A stretch of DNA of 62,885 bases, the filler included, from Welwitschia mirabilis (taxonomy: Eukaryota): the NCBI GenBank assembly GCA_051453625.1. It is 4 parts of one record of this genome, joined end to end, with 100 filler letters (N's around TTAATTAATTAA, not from the genome) between each part and the next. Parts side by side here need not be neighbours in the genome. Positions count along the whole stretch, not along the records: positions 27,620 to 55,936 come from JBOZIK010000001.1; 3 more parts are not named here. One strand, given 5' to 3'. Positions 37,704 to 50,299 of the stretch are shown here, piece after piece. Made by a program: the position numbers and the translations under genes. Within the stretch, counting starts at the first letter, position 1, and every line of letters begins with the position of its first letter. Below the pieces are notes generated by a model. The model was not told the origin of the DNA and ran no database searches. It saw only the letters and a list, made by a program, of their open reading frames with translations.

Positions 37704-40700
37704 ATCTTCTTGAAGGTTGAGACTCCTTCATGACGTCTTTTGATTTCATATGGGGTAATAAGAGATGATGGTTCTTATTTCACATTCTTTTGATATTTTT
37801 GAATCTTTAGTTCTTGTCTTGTGTTTGCAATCCTTAAGTCTTTAAGCTTTTGAGCATCAAGAATGTCTTATAGATCCTCTTTTGCTTTTCTAAAAAAGAA
37901 ATTTTAGTGGTCCTACTTTCTTTTTATAAATATGACCACTAAAATAAATGAATTTAGTCTTGCTTAAGGCCTCATAGTATTAGCTCACTTAAATATTTGA
38001 ATCCATTACTTTATGAATAAATAACAAGCATCCCATTAATAAAGTATTTACAAATGTGATCCTATTGTGCATAATGGAATGATATTATGAGTTTTAATAA
38101 TTAAATATTTTTAATAGTTAATTATAATTAATAAAATTCAAATAGCTATTTCATTCCCCTCCCCAACCCATCCAATAAGTAAAAAAAAATTGAATGATAT
38201 ATAAATAAATAAATAAAAATGTGAGAAAGATAATAAAAATAAAGAAAAAATAACATATAAAGATGAAATCCTAGTTAGTGGATATGATTACTAAATAATT
38301 CATATGTTAATTAGTGAATGAAATTAGTAATTAATTAATTAATATATTATCAAAACTAATCAAGATTAATTTAGTAATTAGTATATGATATAAATTACAC
38401 ATAAACAATATAACTTTTTCAAAAAAAAAATCTAATGGAGAAAGCATACAGATGTGGTCAACGTGATGTGACATAAATGTAGTTTATAAGATTTTGAAAA
38501 AAATAGTACAAGAGGAAAAGAAAATGTTATGTAAAATAGATAAGCATCAAGAGCTATTTCTCTAGAAAATAAGGTATGCTACTAGTTTTTTCCCATAAAA
38601 TTTTAATGTTTTCAAGCTTAAAATATCCCCATTTCTTAAGATCTATAAATTCCCTCTTACTCTCCATATGTTATGTCACGAAGAATAATATTTTTATGTT
38701 ATATATTGCATTGATATTAATCTAAGGCTATCTTAATTATTATGTTTAACTCTAACTTGTTCTGAGTTAAGTACATCATAGTATAATGTTAATATGGATA
38801 TTCGAATTAAGACATGACATATAAGTCATAAGGCATTATTTTAGTGAACTATGTATCATCATCTAGCTTCTCGTTGTTCAAAACATAAGGGTGAGCTTTC
38901 CTATAAATAAATGGCCTTTGAAAAGTCATACATAATTTTAATCTAGTATGAGCATTTTTCACAGTTGATATGCTCTCTCCTAGTGCATATACAATTACCA
39001 TAACACCTTATTATCCATCTTAAAATATTTTCAAGTGACATTTTACCCTCTCATGAAACTTAGAAGTGATGTTTTCCTTTCTGGTTAATTTCATTTTAAG
39101 TTATCTTGAAAAATTCTTCTTATGTCTTTTAAGCTCATAATTATAGTGAAAATATTACGTAAACCTTTAAACTTGTACATAGCTAAAATTACACTATTAA
39201 GTTTATGCCCATCATTATCTTTATAGTTGTGTTAGGAGGTACAAGCTTACACATGGTCTACACAATTAATCATTGGAGTTGGCAAATATTGGTCTACATT
39301 AGTGATAGAAATGATGAAGATTTTCATTATGATAATAGCATGTATTTTTGTTCCTGTTATTAGCTTGTTTCATTGCACTAGTAAGGATAGGCTTCCACAT
39401 AGAACATAAAGCAGAACTAATGTAGATGATGATATGTGGTAAGATTCTTACTATTAAGGCTTCTAATATTGTTTATAGCTCTAACTTTATGCAAACACTC
39501 ATTCTCAATCCATAGCTTTTATAGCTTCTAAATGGATGCCATTAGTTATCTATATTGCATGTTTATTTTTTGGCTTAATAAAATACTAAGATATTTCTAT
39601 TCATTCCTTAATCCTAAGTTAAGCCCCTATTAGAGTGTGATGTGTCAAATACTAATCCCCACATAGTAAAGGTAGGAAACCTTGTGAAAAATTTAGGACC
39701 ATCTTATTATGTAATAAGGATAATATAATTATTATGTTAACATCATGTGTTCTTTAGGTATGAGATTATGGGTGTTTTCTTATAATAACTATAATTCTTA
39801 TATTATGAATGTTAATGAAAAGTAATGGTTGAAACTTTTGCTTATAATTCTCTTGTATATTTTATTCTTATGTTTTATTGTTTAGTGTAAGTTAACATGC
39901 AATTATTGCTAAATATTTTTTTTTTGAACTTTTAGAATACATAAAAAAATAATAATTGGATCATAATTTTAAAAACAATGCAATCAATATAAGAACATAG
40001 CATCACTTGATTAGCCTATTTACTAAGTATGTAGTAGTGTTATTTCTTAATCCTTTTGCTTCAATAAGAGTTTAATATGATCCTTATAATTAAATGGTTT
40101 CTCTATTACTCATTGAAAAGAAAAAAAGAAATGAAATTATACATATTTTTAAGCTTTTGATTAAGGTATGTGTTACATATATAGCTTTGGGCTTTTGACC
40201 TTAAAAATCTATTAGTTTATTGCAACTACTTATTTTTACTTATTTTAGTTCTTTGCTAAGATAAGCCTTTACCTTATAATTATAAAATTAGCATTTAAAG
40301 TTTTCTTCATTCTAAAATTGACTCCCAAATTAGTAAGTCCCATTAATCTTTTATTTAAGATTTCTTGAATTAATTATTAATAACTTTTCTTTAGAGAGAT
40401 CAAAGAAAATTTTTTCTTTTATTTTTATTTTCTACTTTTATTTATTTTATGATAGAATACATGTTATTTTATTATTTAACTTTTAATATTTGTTTTATCT
40501 ATACTTGATAGAATAATACATAAGTCATAAAAGGCAATCTCAAAGTAAACTAAAAAATAAAGCTATAATCCAAGCTTATTTAAGGCATAGAGTAATTTTA
40601 ACATCAAGATTTTCTCTTCTACATAAAGTATTCTTCAAGCTTCTTCAAGTATTTTTGATATTTATTTTTAGTTAATTTATTAATTCGAAAAATATATTTA

Positions 40701-41369
40701 CCAAATGCATTCTAACTAAAAACATTCTTTTCCTTTTTACTTTTTTGAAGTGTTACTATAAGTGAAAGATAGTTTTATAAAAATAGTTTCTAAATTGACA
40801 AATAATTTAGATCTTATTAGCATAATATAAAGTCTTACATAATGAAATGATTTGCTTGGGTAATCATGATGCTTATACTCCTAAGGAGGAGGTATGATCA
40901 ATAAAATTTTTAAGTTCGACATCCCCCTAACAAACAATTAAAGGAATGTGAGGTAAAATTCATTTACTACTTTTATTATTAGTTAAAATTATTTTTCATG
41001 TCTCTAGTAATTCTAATTATTATTATGACTATCTTAATTGTTATTCTTTAAAATTTCTTGTAAAATATTATTTCAAAAGAATCAATAATACTTAGTTTGT
41101 AAGGCTGAAATCTAAAATAAATAGCATGATTTGCATCAATGATATACTTTACATTATTATAATTTTTTTGTGAGAAATCATTTGAACTAGTGGTATGATA
41201 ATAAATTTTAAATGTAAATAAATATTATTTATAACAATTATCATTTAATATCTTATTATCTTCTAAAAATATAAAGTTTACCAGTTTATTAGCAATCTTT
41301 ATTTTAATTGGGAAAAATTTCTTGCATGTGAATTGTCTATATATTTAGTATAATAAGTAGACTTACAGA

Positions 41370-41765
41370 TAATAATAAACAATATTAATTTTCATTTAAA
41401 AAAAAGGAAAAGAGAGAGAATAGAAGAAAACAGTTACTTAAATCACAAAGATGTGCTTTAAAAAATTTTATAGTCTCTATGCAAAAAATTGTAAGTAACT
41501 CTGATAGTAGATATATAGATGACTAACTGAATCATCCTTTATCTAACATTAAAGATTTAGGTGTAAAAAAGAAAGTAGTTTTAAAAATGATCACATTATG
41601 TCAACTACTGATATAAAGAGTTTTCAAGAAAAACCTAGATAAAAGATTAAAGAATCAAGTACTACTCCTATACATATCGATGATGCAATAAAATTGAAGA
41701 ATCTGAATATGAAAATAAGAGACATATTAGTTGAAAGAGGATCAATTTCATGTATATATTTTCCA
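41370..41765 (+). pseudogene. hAT (ZMYM1/TTF-type) transposase N-terminal remnant
   Basis: KRKRERIEE...LLKSQRCALKNF and IHIDDAIKLKNLNMKIRDILVERGS resemble the KRK..IEE..SQKGALDKF and DP..W..ID..LRDLLVEKGP blocks of plant hAT transposases. Confidence 0.6.
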
Positions 41766-42020
41766 AGGTTTAAGCATTTAGCCTAAACAATTAATAAAAT
41801 CTAAATAAAAATAATTTTTGTCTTATGGGATGCACTAAGATGATTTAATTGCAAGATTATTTATTTAGTAGCATATTATTGTTTGAGATGTAATTCTTTA
41901 CTTTATTGGTGGAAGCTTGTTATGCTACAATTATTATTTTAATGCTTTATTTTCTTGTAAGTGTTGTAATAAATGACATGCATTATAGTTGGCTTTATTT
42001 CATTCTATGCTTATTTTTAG

Positions 42021-42236
42021 AAAATGCCAAGAACTTTTAAATATTTAACTACTATAATGATAATTGGCATAACTTTTTCATTAGTTAGTAAGTGTAAATA
42101 ATATATAATAATTTATTACCAAAATGCCAAGAACTTTTAAATATTTAACTACTACAATGACAATTGGCATAACTTTTTCATTAGTGGTATTTACTCATTT
42201 TGGTAATAAATTATTATATATTATTTACACTTACTA
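42021..42236. repeat. 65-bp direct repeat interleaved with a perfect 41-bp inverted repeat
   Basis: 42021-42085 matches 42121-42185 with 2 T/C mismatches; 42086-42126 is the exact reverse complement of 42196-42236. Confidence 0.95.
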
Positions 42237-42299
42237 TTATTATTATAAAATATTAATTAACCTAATGATTAGGAAAAGTATTTATTGAGGGTCAGGAAA

Positions 42300-44900
42300 T
42301 CACAACCATTTTCCAAGAAGAGTGGTGCCTATGTGTCCCTTTAAATTCTTAATTCCTTCATACCATTATTAATAGAGATTTCTTTTCCTTTTATCTTAAT
42401 GTTTAGAAAAATTTCTTGCCTTACATATTGAAGACCTTCTATTTTGGAGTATTTGGAACTTAAGGAGTAACACTCTTAAAGCTTTAAAATATTCATCTCA
42501 AAATATAACTATGGTCCTACGTATTTCTTGAATATCTTGTATACTTCTTATCATCACCTTACTCATCTTTTAGATGGTTTACAATCATTTTTTATGTATC
42601 TCAATTTATGGTTAGTTTAAAAACTTATTCTTTAATAGTGATAATCTATATTTTTAGAAATTTTAATATGAGCTTAGCATATTTCACTTTCTTGTATGGC
42701 TTAAACATAGTATTCTCATCATTGCAAAATCTGTAAACATTAACAAATCCCTTGATAATTCAAACTTATATACATTAAACTTATCATCTTATTATTCAGT
42801 GCATATCTCTTTGAATCTTTAAATGTTATTTTAAAAAAATCAAAATCCATAGGTCATTAACATAAGGCATTGAAATATGAAAAACCATAGATCACCGATG
42901 TGAGGAATTAGTAAGTGAAAATCCACAGATTACCAACATGAGGCAGTGAAAATGAAAAACTTATAAATCAACAATATGAGGCAGTGGTAAGTAAGAATCC
43001 ACAAATCATCGATGTAAGGAAGTGGAATATATAAGTATGTATCATTTTACATAACTGGTTTATCAAATTTCTATTCCATGAGAGTTAAATTCAAGATAAA
43101 TTAGAGTATTTTTTTCATCTCATCTTAATCCTTCTTATATATTAGGGCTTCTACCTTACTCTTTGACTTTTCTAGGCCATACTCAGGACTGTGATGATTT
43201 CATGATTCTTATACCATATTATTTTATGTATAAATAGGAGATAAAATAGAGCATTATAAGGGCTAAAAAAGTTATGACAAGGAGAGCATTAGAAAATGAA
43301 AATATCTTATTTAGATTTATGTTTGAAAATACCAATCTTAGAGATACTTTCTTATTATATCTAACCTTATGTTTCTATTATAATTATACTTTAAATTATT
43401 ATAATTGTAGATTTCATAGTCAATTTATTGTAGTAGAGTTTTTAAACATTATAGCTCTAAATGATGATAGTGGTCTTCTAAGAGTTTCTGTTGTGAATTG
43501 TTTTCTACTATTCTGTTTTAAATTTTCATTCTGTTAATTTATATACTACTTTCAATTTAAGATAAAAGTTTAAATTTGTGTAAATATTTTTCCTTTTAAT
43601 TTTCTAATGTGTATATTTCCTCTACTACATGTCTTTTAAATTTTATTTTAGATTCATATGGAGAGAGTCTCACTTTAAAATGTGATACAAAAGAGTTCAC
43701 TTTTATAGATTTATTTTTCCAAATGTCTTACTAATGTCTAAATAATCATAGCTTTCACTTATACAATTGTCCCTTCTCTTTATAAAACTTGAATCTTAAA
43801 ATTCTTATCTCATGACTCCAAATTTTTAAATATCATAGCTCTCTTTAGAACTAGTATGCATAATCAACCATTAAAATTCATCTTGGATCATTCTTAATCT
43901 GCAGTTCTTAGTATTACTAAAACATTATTTTTTATCTATGATTAAGGCCTATAAATCCCTAAAGTTCCCTACTCATTTTCTAAATTCCATAATAATGGAT
44001 GTCTTTGGCTCTTAAATCATTACTGTAACTCTCTAAAAAGATTTGTTTATTTTGGCCCTAATCCCTATTTAGAGACTTTATTTGTAATGTGGATCATTAT
44101 CTTAATCATTGAACAAGGTTATTCTTGTCTAGAAATTTTCTTTGAAGTTGTAATTTTATTATTTAATATTATCATAATTCTCTATTTAATATTATTTTAA
44201 TCATTGGCCTTGAATTCCTATTATTATAGCATTTTATAATTTCCCTTTTAAATTATCTCTCAACATCTTTATTTTTTGTTTTTTGATTTATTTATGCAAG
44301 TTTACGAAAAACCAAGTCTTCTGACTTAAGGCCATAGATCTAACTTTTACTTGATTTCTATTCTTTTATTTTGTGACAATGTAACTTGCTTTTATAACTT
44401 ATCTTGATTTATTTTTTAATCTATAGTGTATAATTTTAGTGATTCTATATTTTGTGGCTATTTCTTTTCTTATTTTTAGAGAACATGGCTTTACATTTTG
44501 GCTTAAGTAATTCATGTTTATCTCTTATAAAGCGTTTTGGAATTCCACAGAAATTGCTTATTTGGTTCTTGTTACAACCACTCTCCATCTCATTGTAAGC
44601 ACTTTTCTGCTTCCTGTACTATGTGTTTAAGCCTACTTTTTCATTTGCTTAAGCTGAGAATTTCTCACTTGACATGGTTATGTGAGTCTAGTCTATAGTT
44701 ATTAAGATTCAAATACCTTTCTTTTAATCTTACATTCCATAGTAATATCTATGAACATCACAGCTATTTAGAAGCTTAGATGCAACGTTTAGACCTTGTC
44801 TAGGTCATGAACTAAGAAAAAGAAAAGTCCACTACCCATGATGCATTCTGTTTATGTCCCTTTCATAGTTATGTTTAAAATAAAACATGGCTCTATATTT
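42300..44900 (-). mobile_element. Highly degraded Ty3/gypsy (chromovirus-like) remnants inside the hAT element
   Basis: Short minus-strand motif traces only: NTMFKPY and KYAKL (~42670-42715), GFIGL (~43945), KDEF*W...LKRAM (~43835-43888), EAEKCL (~44600). An LTR-like stretch with TATAAATAGGAG lies at 43229. Confidence 0.35.
42842..43025 (+). repeat. ~38-bp minisatellite, ~5 copies, alternating variants
   Basis: Units AAAATCCAYAGATYACCRAYRTGAGGCAGTG followed alternately by AAA(T)ATG and GTAAGT. Confidence 0.8.
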
Positions 44901-45299
44901 AAACATCTAGCCATATTTAACATATCCTTTAGGCATTACCTTAATTTGTGAGACTTTTCTAGGCTCTATGGAAAAATTATAAAGAGTTAAACAATTTTAA
45001 AATTTAAAATCCCTTGTTCTATGATGTTTAAAAATTAATGCAGTAATTTTAGATTTTAATTCAATTAAGGTAAATTATATTTTAGCCATATATGCATATA
45101 TATTTGTAGAATTCTAATATTATTCTTTATCTTTTAATAAAACTCAAAATTTTGATATAAAATTTAATTGTATCTCATAAGACTTCACTTTAAAGAAATA
45201 TTCTTTTAATTTAGAAATTAGTTTTTAGATATTTATTTTTTCTAAAAATTTATTATAAGGACTATTCTCAATGACCTTGGAATTGTTATAGGGAAATAT

Positions 45300-47500
45300 A
45301 ATAGAAATTTAGTTTTGAGAAAGTTTTATGCCACCATATTTTTTAAATATTAGAACCTACTATGTATGACTAGTTTAAGTTGGTTGTTACATTTCAAATG
45401 GAACATAATTTTAAAATGTGGATAAACTTGGCCATTAATCTTAAACATCACATTTATATTTATCAGTGCATTATTTTTGGGCTATAAAATGTAGATCTTA
45501 TAATTAAGGAGGTTAACAGGATTTGATTTTATTAGAGACCAAATGTAGACATTTTATAGTATTGCATTATAACAAAAAACCACCAAATGAAGAAGAATAT
45601 AATAGAAGGTCATTACTATATTCAACAAGCTCAAAATTTTTATTTTTATTTTTTTGTAAAATATCTAATTCATGAAATAGTCAAAGTTTATTACTTCATT
45701 AAGAAGCTCATGATTGAAAAGAATTTAGATCCAAGCTTAAACCCCATGAAACAACAAGAAATCCTATTATCCATATGAAAGCATGAAATGATTTTGAACC
45801 TATGTTAACAATTAATGAAAGTATCCAAGATGTAATGAATGTTAAAAGAGAACATTGAAATCAAGTTCTATTAATAATTATTACAATTGTCAAGTTTCTT
45901 TTAAAAAATAACATCAAAGTCCATGAAAGTAATAAAAGGCATTTCTAACCTAATAATGGAAATAATTTAAGCCTAATTAAATGAATTTTTAGTTTGATCT
46001 ACTAATGCAAGAACATATTTAATGCATTAAATATGAATAAATACATCAACATTATCTTGAAAAAAAATCCAAAATGAATCGTTACAAATGTTGACATTTA
46101 AAGTGAAAGAAATTATTTCTTCAAAAGTAAAAAATTCTTATAGTATTTTTGTGATATACTAAACTACACTCTGCATACAAGGCCCTCAAGAATAGATGAC
46201 ACTCATATTCCAATTTGTGGATGTCTCAATAAATCTTATTGAAGTGGAAGAACATTTTTAAAAATTTTTAAAGGAAAATAACTCCTTAAGTGAAGGTTTA
46301 TCATTTGAATTTATTATTGCTTCATTTAACATTAATAATATGAAAGGACAAGGTTAGCATAATGGTTCTATATGAAAGAAAAAGAACAAGTTGTGAAAAA
46401 ATGAATTTTAAATATATGTTGTAGAGCATTTTACACTTCTTATGATGTCACAATTTTAATTTAGTATTATGTGATATGACAAACTTTTGTTTAAGATAAA
46501 TGGCTTTCTTTGAAGTTATCCAATAACTTTTTTACTTTATTTTCATCTTCTACAAAGAGGCGAAAACTTTTACAAGATAAAAAAGTTATTTAAGTATTAA
46601 ATCATTGTCACAAATAATGTAGGAAGTTGAATAAAAAGTGAAACTTAATTAGATATTAAACTTTATAAATAAGAGATTTAAATTGCACTTAGCAAATGCC
46701 TATGATGATAACATAAAAAGTAAAGCTAAAATTATGATAAGCTACAAAATTGAGGATTTTAAATTCTTATTTCAAATGATTATATGGTATGATGTAACGT
46801 TTTTTTTTAAAAATACAAATAGAATGGATTTTTATCAATAATGATTTAAGCTAAGGAAATTGAAAACAAAATGGAAGTAAAAGCAATATCTTGTAGGAAT
46901 TACACAATTCATTTAAAAAAGTATTTTCATGAAACTATAAAGCATGAATTTATAGACTTAGTTGAAGATTCATTTTGAGTTTAATCTCACTATGTATAAT
47001 AGATCATGTTATTTGCTCCATACCTACTAAGTTTGAAAAATTTTAAAATTATGCAAAAATGTTTGGATTTTCTTTTTTAATTTAGAAAAATCCAAGTTAT
47101 TAGAAGACATTATCCTACAAGATGTTTGTCTTAACCTTAAACTTTCTCTTAAACATGGAGAACTCTTTGATGTGGATGGTATCAATTTTTATATCAAATT
47201 AAAAGTCTTATGAGAAATTTTATTTAAAGAAAGAAATGATGCACTTAAAATATCAAATTATGTAGAAAAAATAGATTTTTTTTAAATACACTAATTACTC
47301 ATAGGATATTATTAACAATGCCAATGCTAGTAGCTTTCTTAAAAATAATATTTTTAAAGCCAAAACTTATGAAATTTTATTATAGGTACACTAGGTCATA
47401 AGAAACACAAGGAATGTAATTAATTATAGAAGATACAATAGAAAACTTAAAGATGATAAAGACTTAATTAATAATTGTACACTAGAAAAAGTCCAAAATA
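45300..47500 (+). pseudogene. hAT transposase core and C-terminal dimerisation domain remnant
   Basis: KLGH*S*T/LKHH; ILNYTL (ILDCTPD); KGQG*HNGS (RGQGYDNGSNM); RAFYTSY..CHNFNL (RAFYTPCGCHSLNL); LSIKSLSQ (TRW block); FKFLFQMIIWYDV; ITHRILLTMPMLVA...FLKPKLMK (IAYRILLTIPVTVAS..FSKLKLIK). Confidence 0.85.
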
Positions 47501-48039
47501 TATATAATGTCGTTTTTAGATAGCTAAAGCCTTATAATGAATGATTTTCCTTCTTCCTTTCATGGATCTAAGGTGGTCTTAAAAATGATAGAGATATGAA
47601 CTACTAGATACATGATATCATTATTGTAGTATATTGAAATTTGTATAGATTATTTACATGTCCTATAGATATTCTATATGATATAACATCTATTCATGGT
47701 GTAAACTCTTGTATATGAATGTAAGGTGAACCTTATGTCTATGACATGTAAATAAACATTAAAATGAAAAAATAATATATCTTTCAAAAATAATAATTAG
47801 TTACAAATGAAATTCAATTTCTATATAGAAAAATAACTAACTGTATAGTTATTATTTAAAATTTTACATTGTAAAATGAGTATTAAATATGAAAATGTTT
47901 TATAAAATAAAATATACACTTAAGATATTACTTAAGAATAAAAATTAGTATTTTTATAAATGATAAATTAATTTTATAAAAGTTTTATTATTAATTAAAA
48001 TAATTTTATAACTATAGTCAATATAAATAAATGAAAAGC

Positions 48040-48163
48040 AACAAACATTCTTAGAGCATGCATAGCACAGTACCCTACTTTATGGGAACCATTGATACAA
48101 GATAATAACAAACATTTTCATAGCATGCATAGCACAATAACATACTTTAGGAGTACAATTGAT
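48040..48163 (+). repeat. Tandem duplication, 67-bp period, 2 diverged copies
   Basis: AACAAACATT...AGCATGCATAGCACA...TACTTTA...ATTGAT starting at 48040 and 48107. Confidence 0.8.
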
Positions 48164-48222
48164 CACCTACAGTTAAGTGTAGCTCAAGATCATGTGTCCT
48201 CTTTTGTTCATGGGTATATGAC

Positions 48223-49492
48223 TGTTGCAATGCCAAATCATATGTATTTGATGGGGTATTTTGAGTACTTTTAAGAAAATTTAGATCGGTTTAGGTGGAG
48301 TTTTAATGATTATGAAGTGTTAATGGAATGACTTGAGAAATGCATAATCCTTATCATATTTGAAGGAATTTCAGGTAAATTCTAATACTTAGCATTCTGA
48401 GGAGGAGTCTAATAATCTAAGATGTTGATTTTACTTAGTTGGAAAAATTAAAAGGATGATGTTTGCATAGTTGTCTGGATGATAGTACTAGATGACATCA
48501 CATGAGGAGCTAATAAATATGCTAACTTGAACTAAAGCTGGAAGCTGATGTCATCTTAAATGATGTGGCATCATCCCCATGGTCGTCTGGCCAACAGTCA
48601 GGACAACATCTATTTTTAAGAATGGATAAAACTAATTTTGTAATGGGATCATGCACACCTTTGGATCTCTAAGGTTTTGTCTAAGCCATTAGGGTTTTGT
48701 ATCTAGAAACTTCCATGTAAAAAAAATAAATATCTCTTATCCTAATTTATGAGACTATCTTTTGTACCTGAAAATCTTATTATAGGATATTGATAGGCAA
48801 GAGATCCATCCATAGGTATAGGGAGAAGTCTTCCTTAGTGTTTGGTTATGTATTCTTCATTGAGGTATTGTTTCTTTGTAAGTGGATGCTCAATTTGAGA
48901 TTAATAAAATAGTTGCTTTGCTTTATTCCACTATGTGCATCTCCCTTATGATTTATGGTGGTTATAATTCTATAATAGATTTATAATCAATATAGGTCAT
49001 AAGGGTAATCTTTGAGAGCTTGATATTCTTAGTTTATATCTTGCATTTCATTATATTTTGCATTTTCATAACTATAATAGTTTCATTCCATTATATTCTG
49101 TTTAGTGTGCCTTATCACCTACATTAGTTAGGATTTAGTGATAATATTTCCTAATTGATTTAGATTATAAGGGTCAATTTTGGTAATAGAGATCAGTAGT
49201 TTAGTAAATCTACTAATTAGAGTATTTTTTGGTTTACATTTTATTTATAAGCATTACATTTTCATCCATTTTGCATTTTAATTTTTCATTATTATTGTTT
49301 CTTAAGCTTAAATGGAAAAATACCAAAAACACTTTGTCAAAATCAATTCTCTAACTTCTAACTTAGTGTCTTCAATGGATTATAACATTTGGGTTTACTT
49401 CTATACAGACTAGTATGTGTTTTATGCAAATATTTGTGATCAATACGGTTTTGTCTAAGGACTTAAGAAATGCATAAATATGTACCACAACA
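48223..49492 (+). repeat. 5' LTR (~1270 bp) of the Athila-like element
   Basis: TGTTG...CAACA terminal inverted 5-mer; the end abuts the PBS. The start is inferred from the terminal match only. Confidence 0.65.
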
Positions 49493-49495
49493 TTT

Positions 49496-49513
49496 TGGCA
49501 CCATTACGGGGGA
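49496..49513 (+). promoter_or_regulatory. Primer-binding site, tRNA-Asp type
   Basis: TGGCACCATTACGGGGGA versus TGGCGCCGTTGCCGGGGA (14/18; three of the four differences are G>A). Confidence 0.8.
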
Positions 49514-50299
49514 AGGTCATAAGGAGCTAGAGGATTATTGCTATGATAGATAAGTATCTTATATTCTGATTCAAGTTGTTTGTTTATGGTACACTCTACT
49601 TTCATTCTACATTCTGTAGTATTATTTTCACATTTTTTGATTTTTGTAATTCAAATAATGCATTTTCGTCTACTCTATTTTCTAAACGAAGTTGGCAGAT
49701 GATGGCCCATAACTAAGATTTTATTTTTCTTTACCGCAAACTAGGGTTTTCTATTTTTTACATAATAATTTCTATATCATCCCTTCTATTGTTCAGACAA
49801 CTTAGTGGATGATTACAGTGTTATTTTTTGTTTTTGTTTATTTTCTCTATTTCTATTTTTGGTTTATGTCTAAGTGGTTATCTAGAAATATCGTCTAGAT
49901 AATGAGCAAAACAATGTTTATATGAGCATTTTTTTAGTATACAGGAACATGGTAAATTCTGATTAAAAAACAAAATATTAAAGATAGTAAAACTTGATTG
50001 AGGAAAATATCAAATAAAGATTATTTGACAAAAATCTAGGTATGCATGTCCTAGGTATGGAAATTTCAAGAATTAAATAAGAAATTTTTTCTACTTTTGT
50101 TATTTCAAAAACATTTCAAAAGAAGATTTTAAAAAACTAGAATAGAAACAAATCATTTTATTTCTTATTCATATATATCCAACTCAATGCAAAAACAAAA
50201 ATAGGTAGCCTCGTCAAATACACCAATCATGATAGAAACATCTATAAATGTTACACTTAAAGATTTAATAGCTAATAGAAATGTGAAATCCAAAAACCT

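Noticed and set aside
38040..38085. Possible LINE ORF1 zinc knuckle (ISFHYAQ*DHICKYF) upstream of ORF2
   Set aside because: The position fits, but all three Cys positions would have to be mutated, so it is unsupported.
39290..39545. MULE transposase-like words ISDR and LNGCH
   Set aside because: They are in the wrong order relative to MULE transposases and have no other supporting motifs.
8672..43025. CRISPR-like appearance of the short periodic repeats (8672-8865, 42842-43025)
   Set aside because: The units are degenerate tandem copies without unique spacers, there are no cas genes, and the context is eukaryotic TE sequence.
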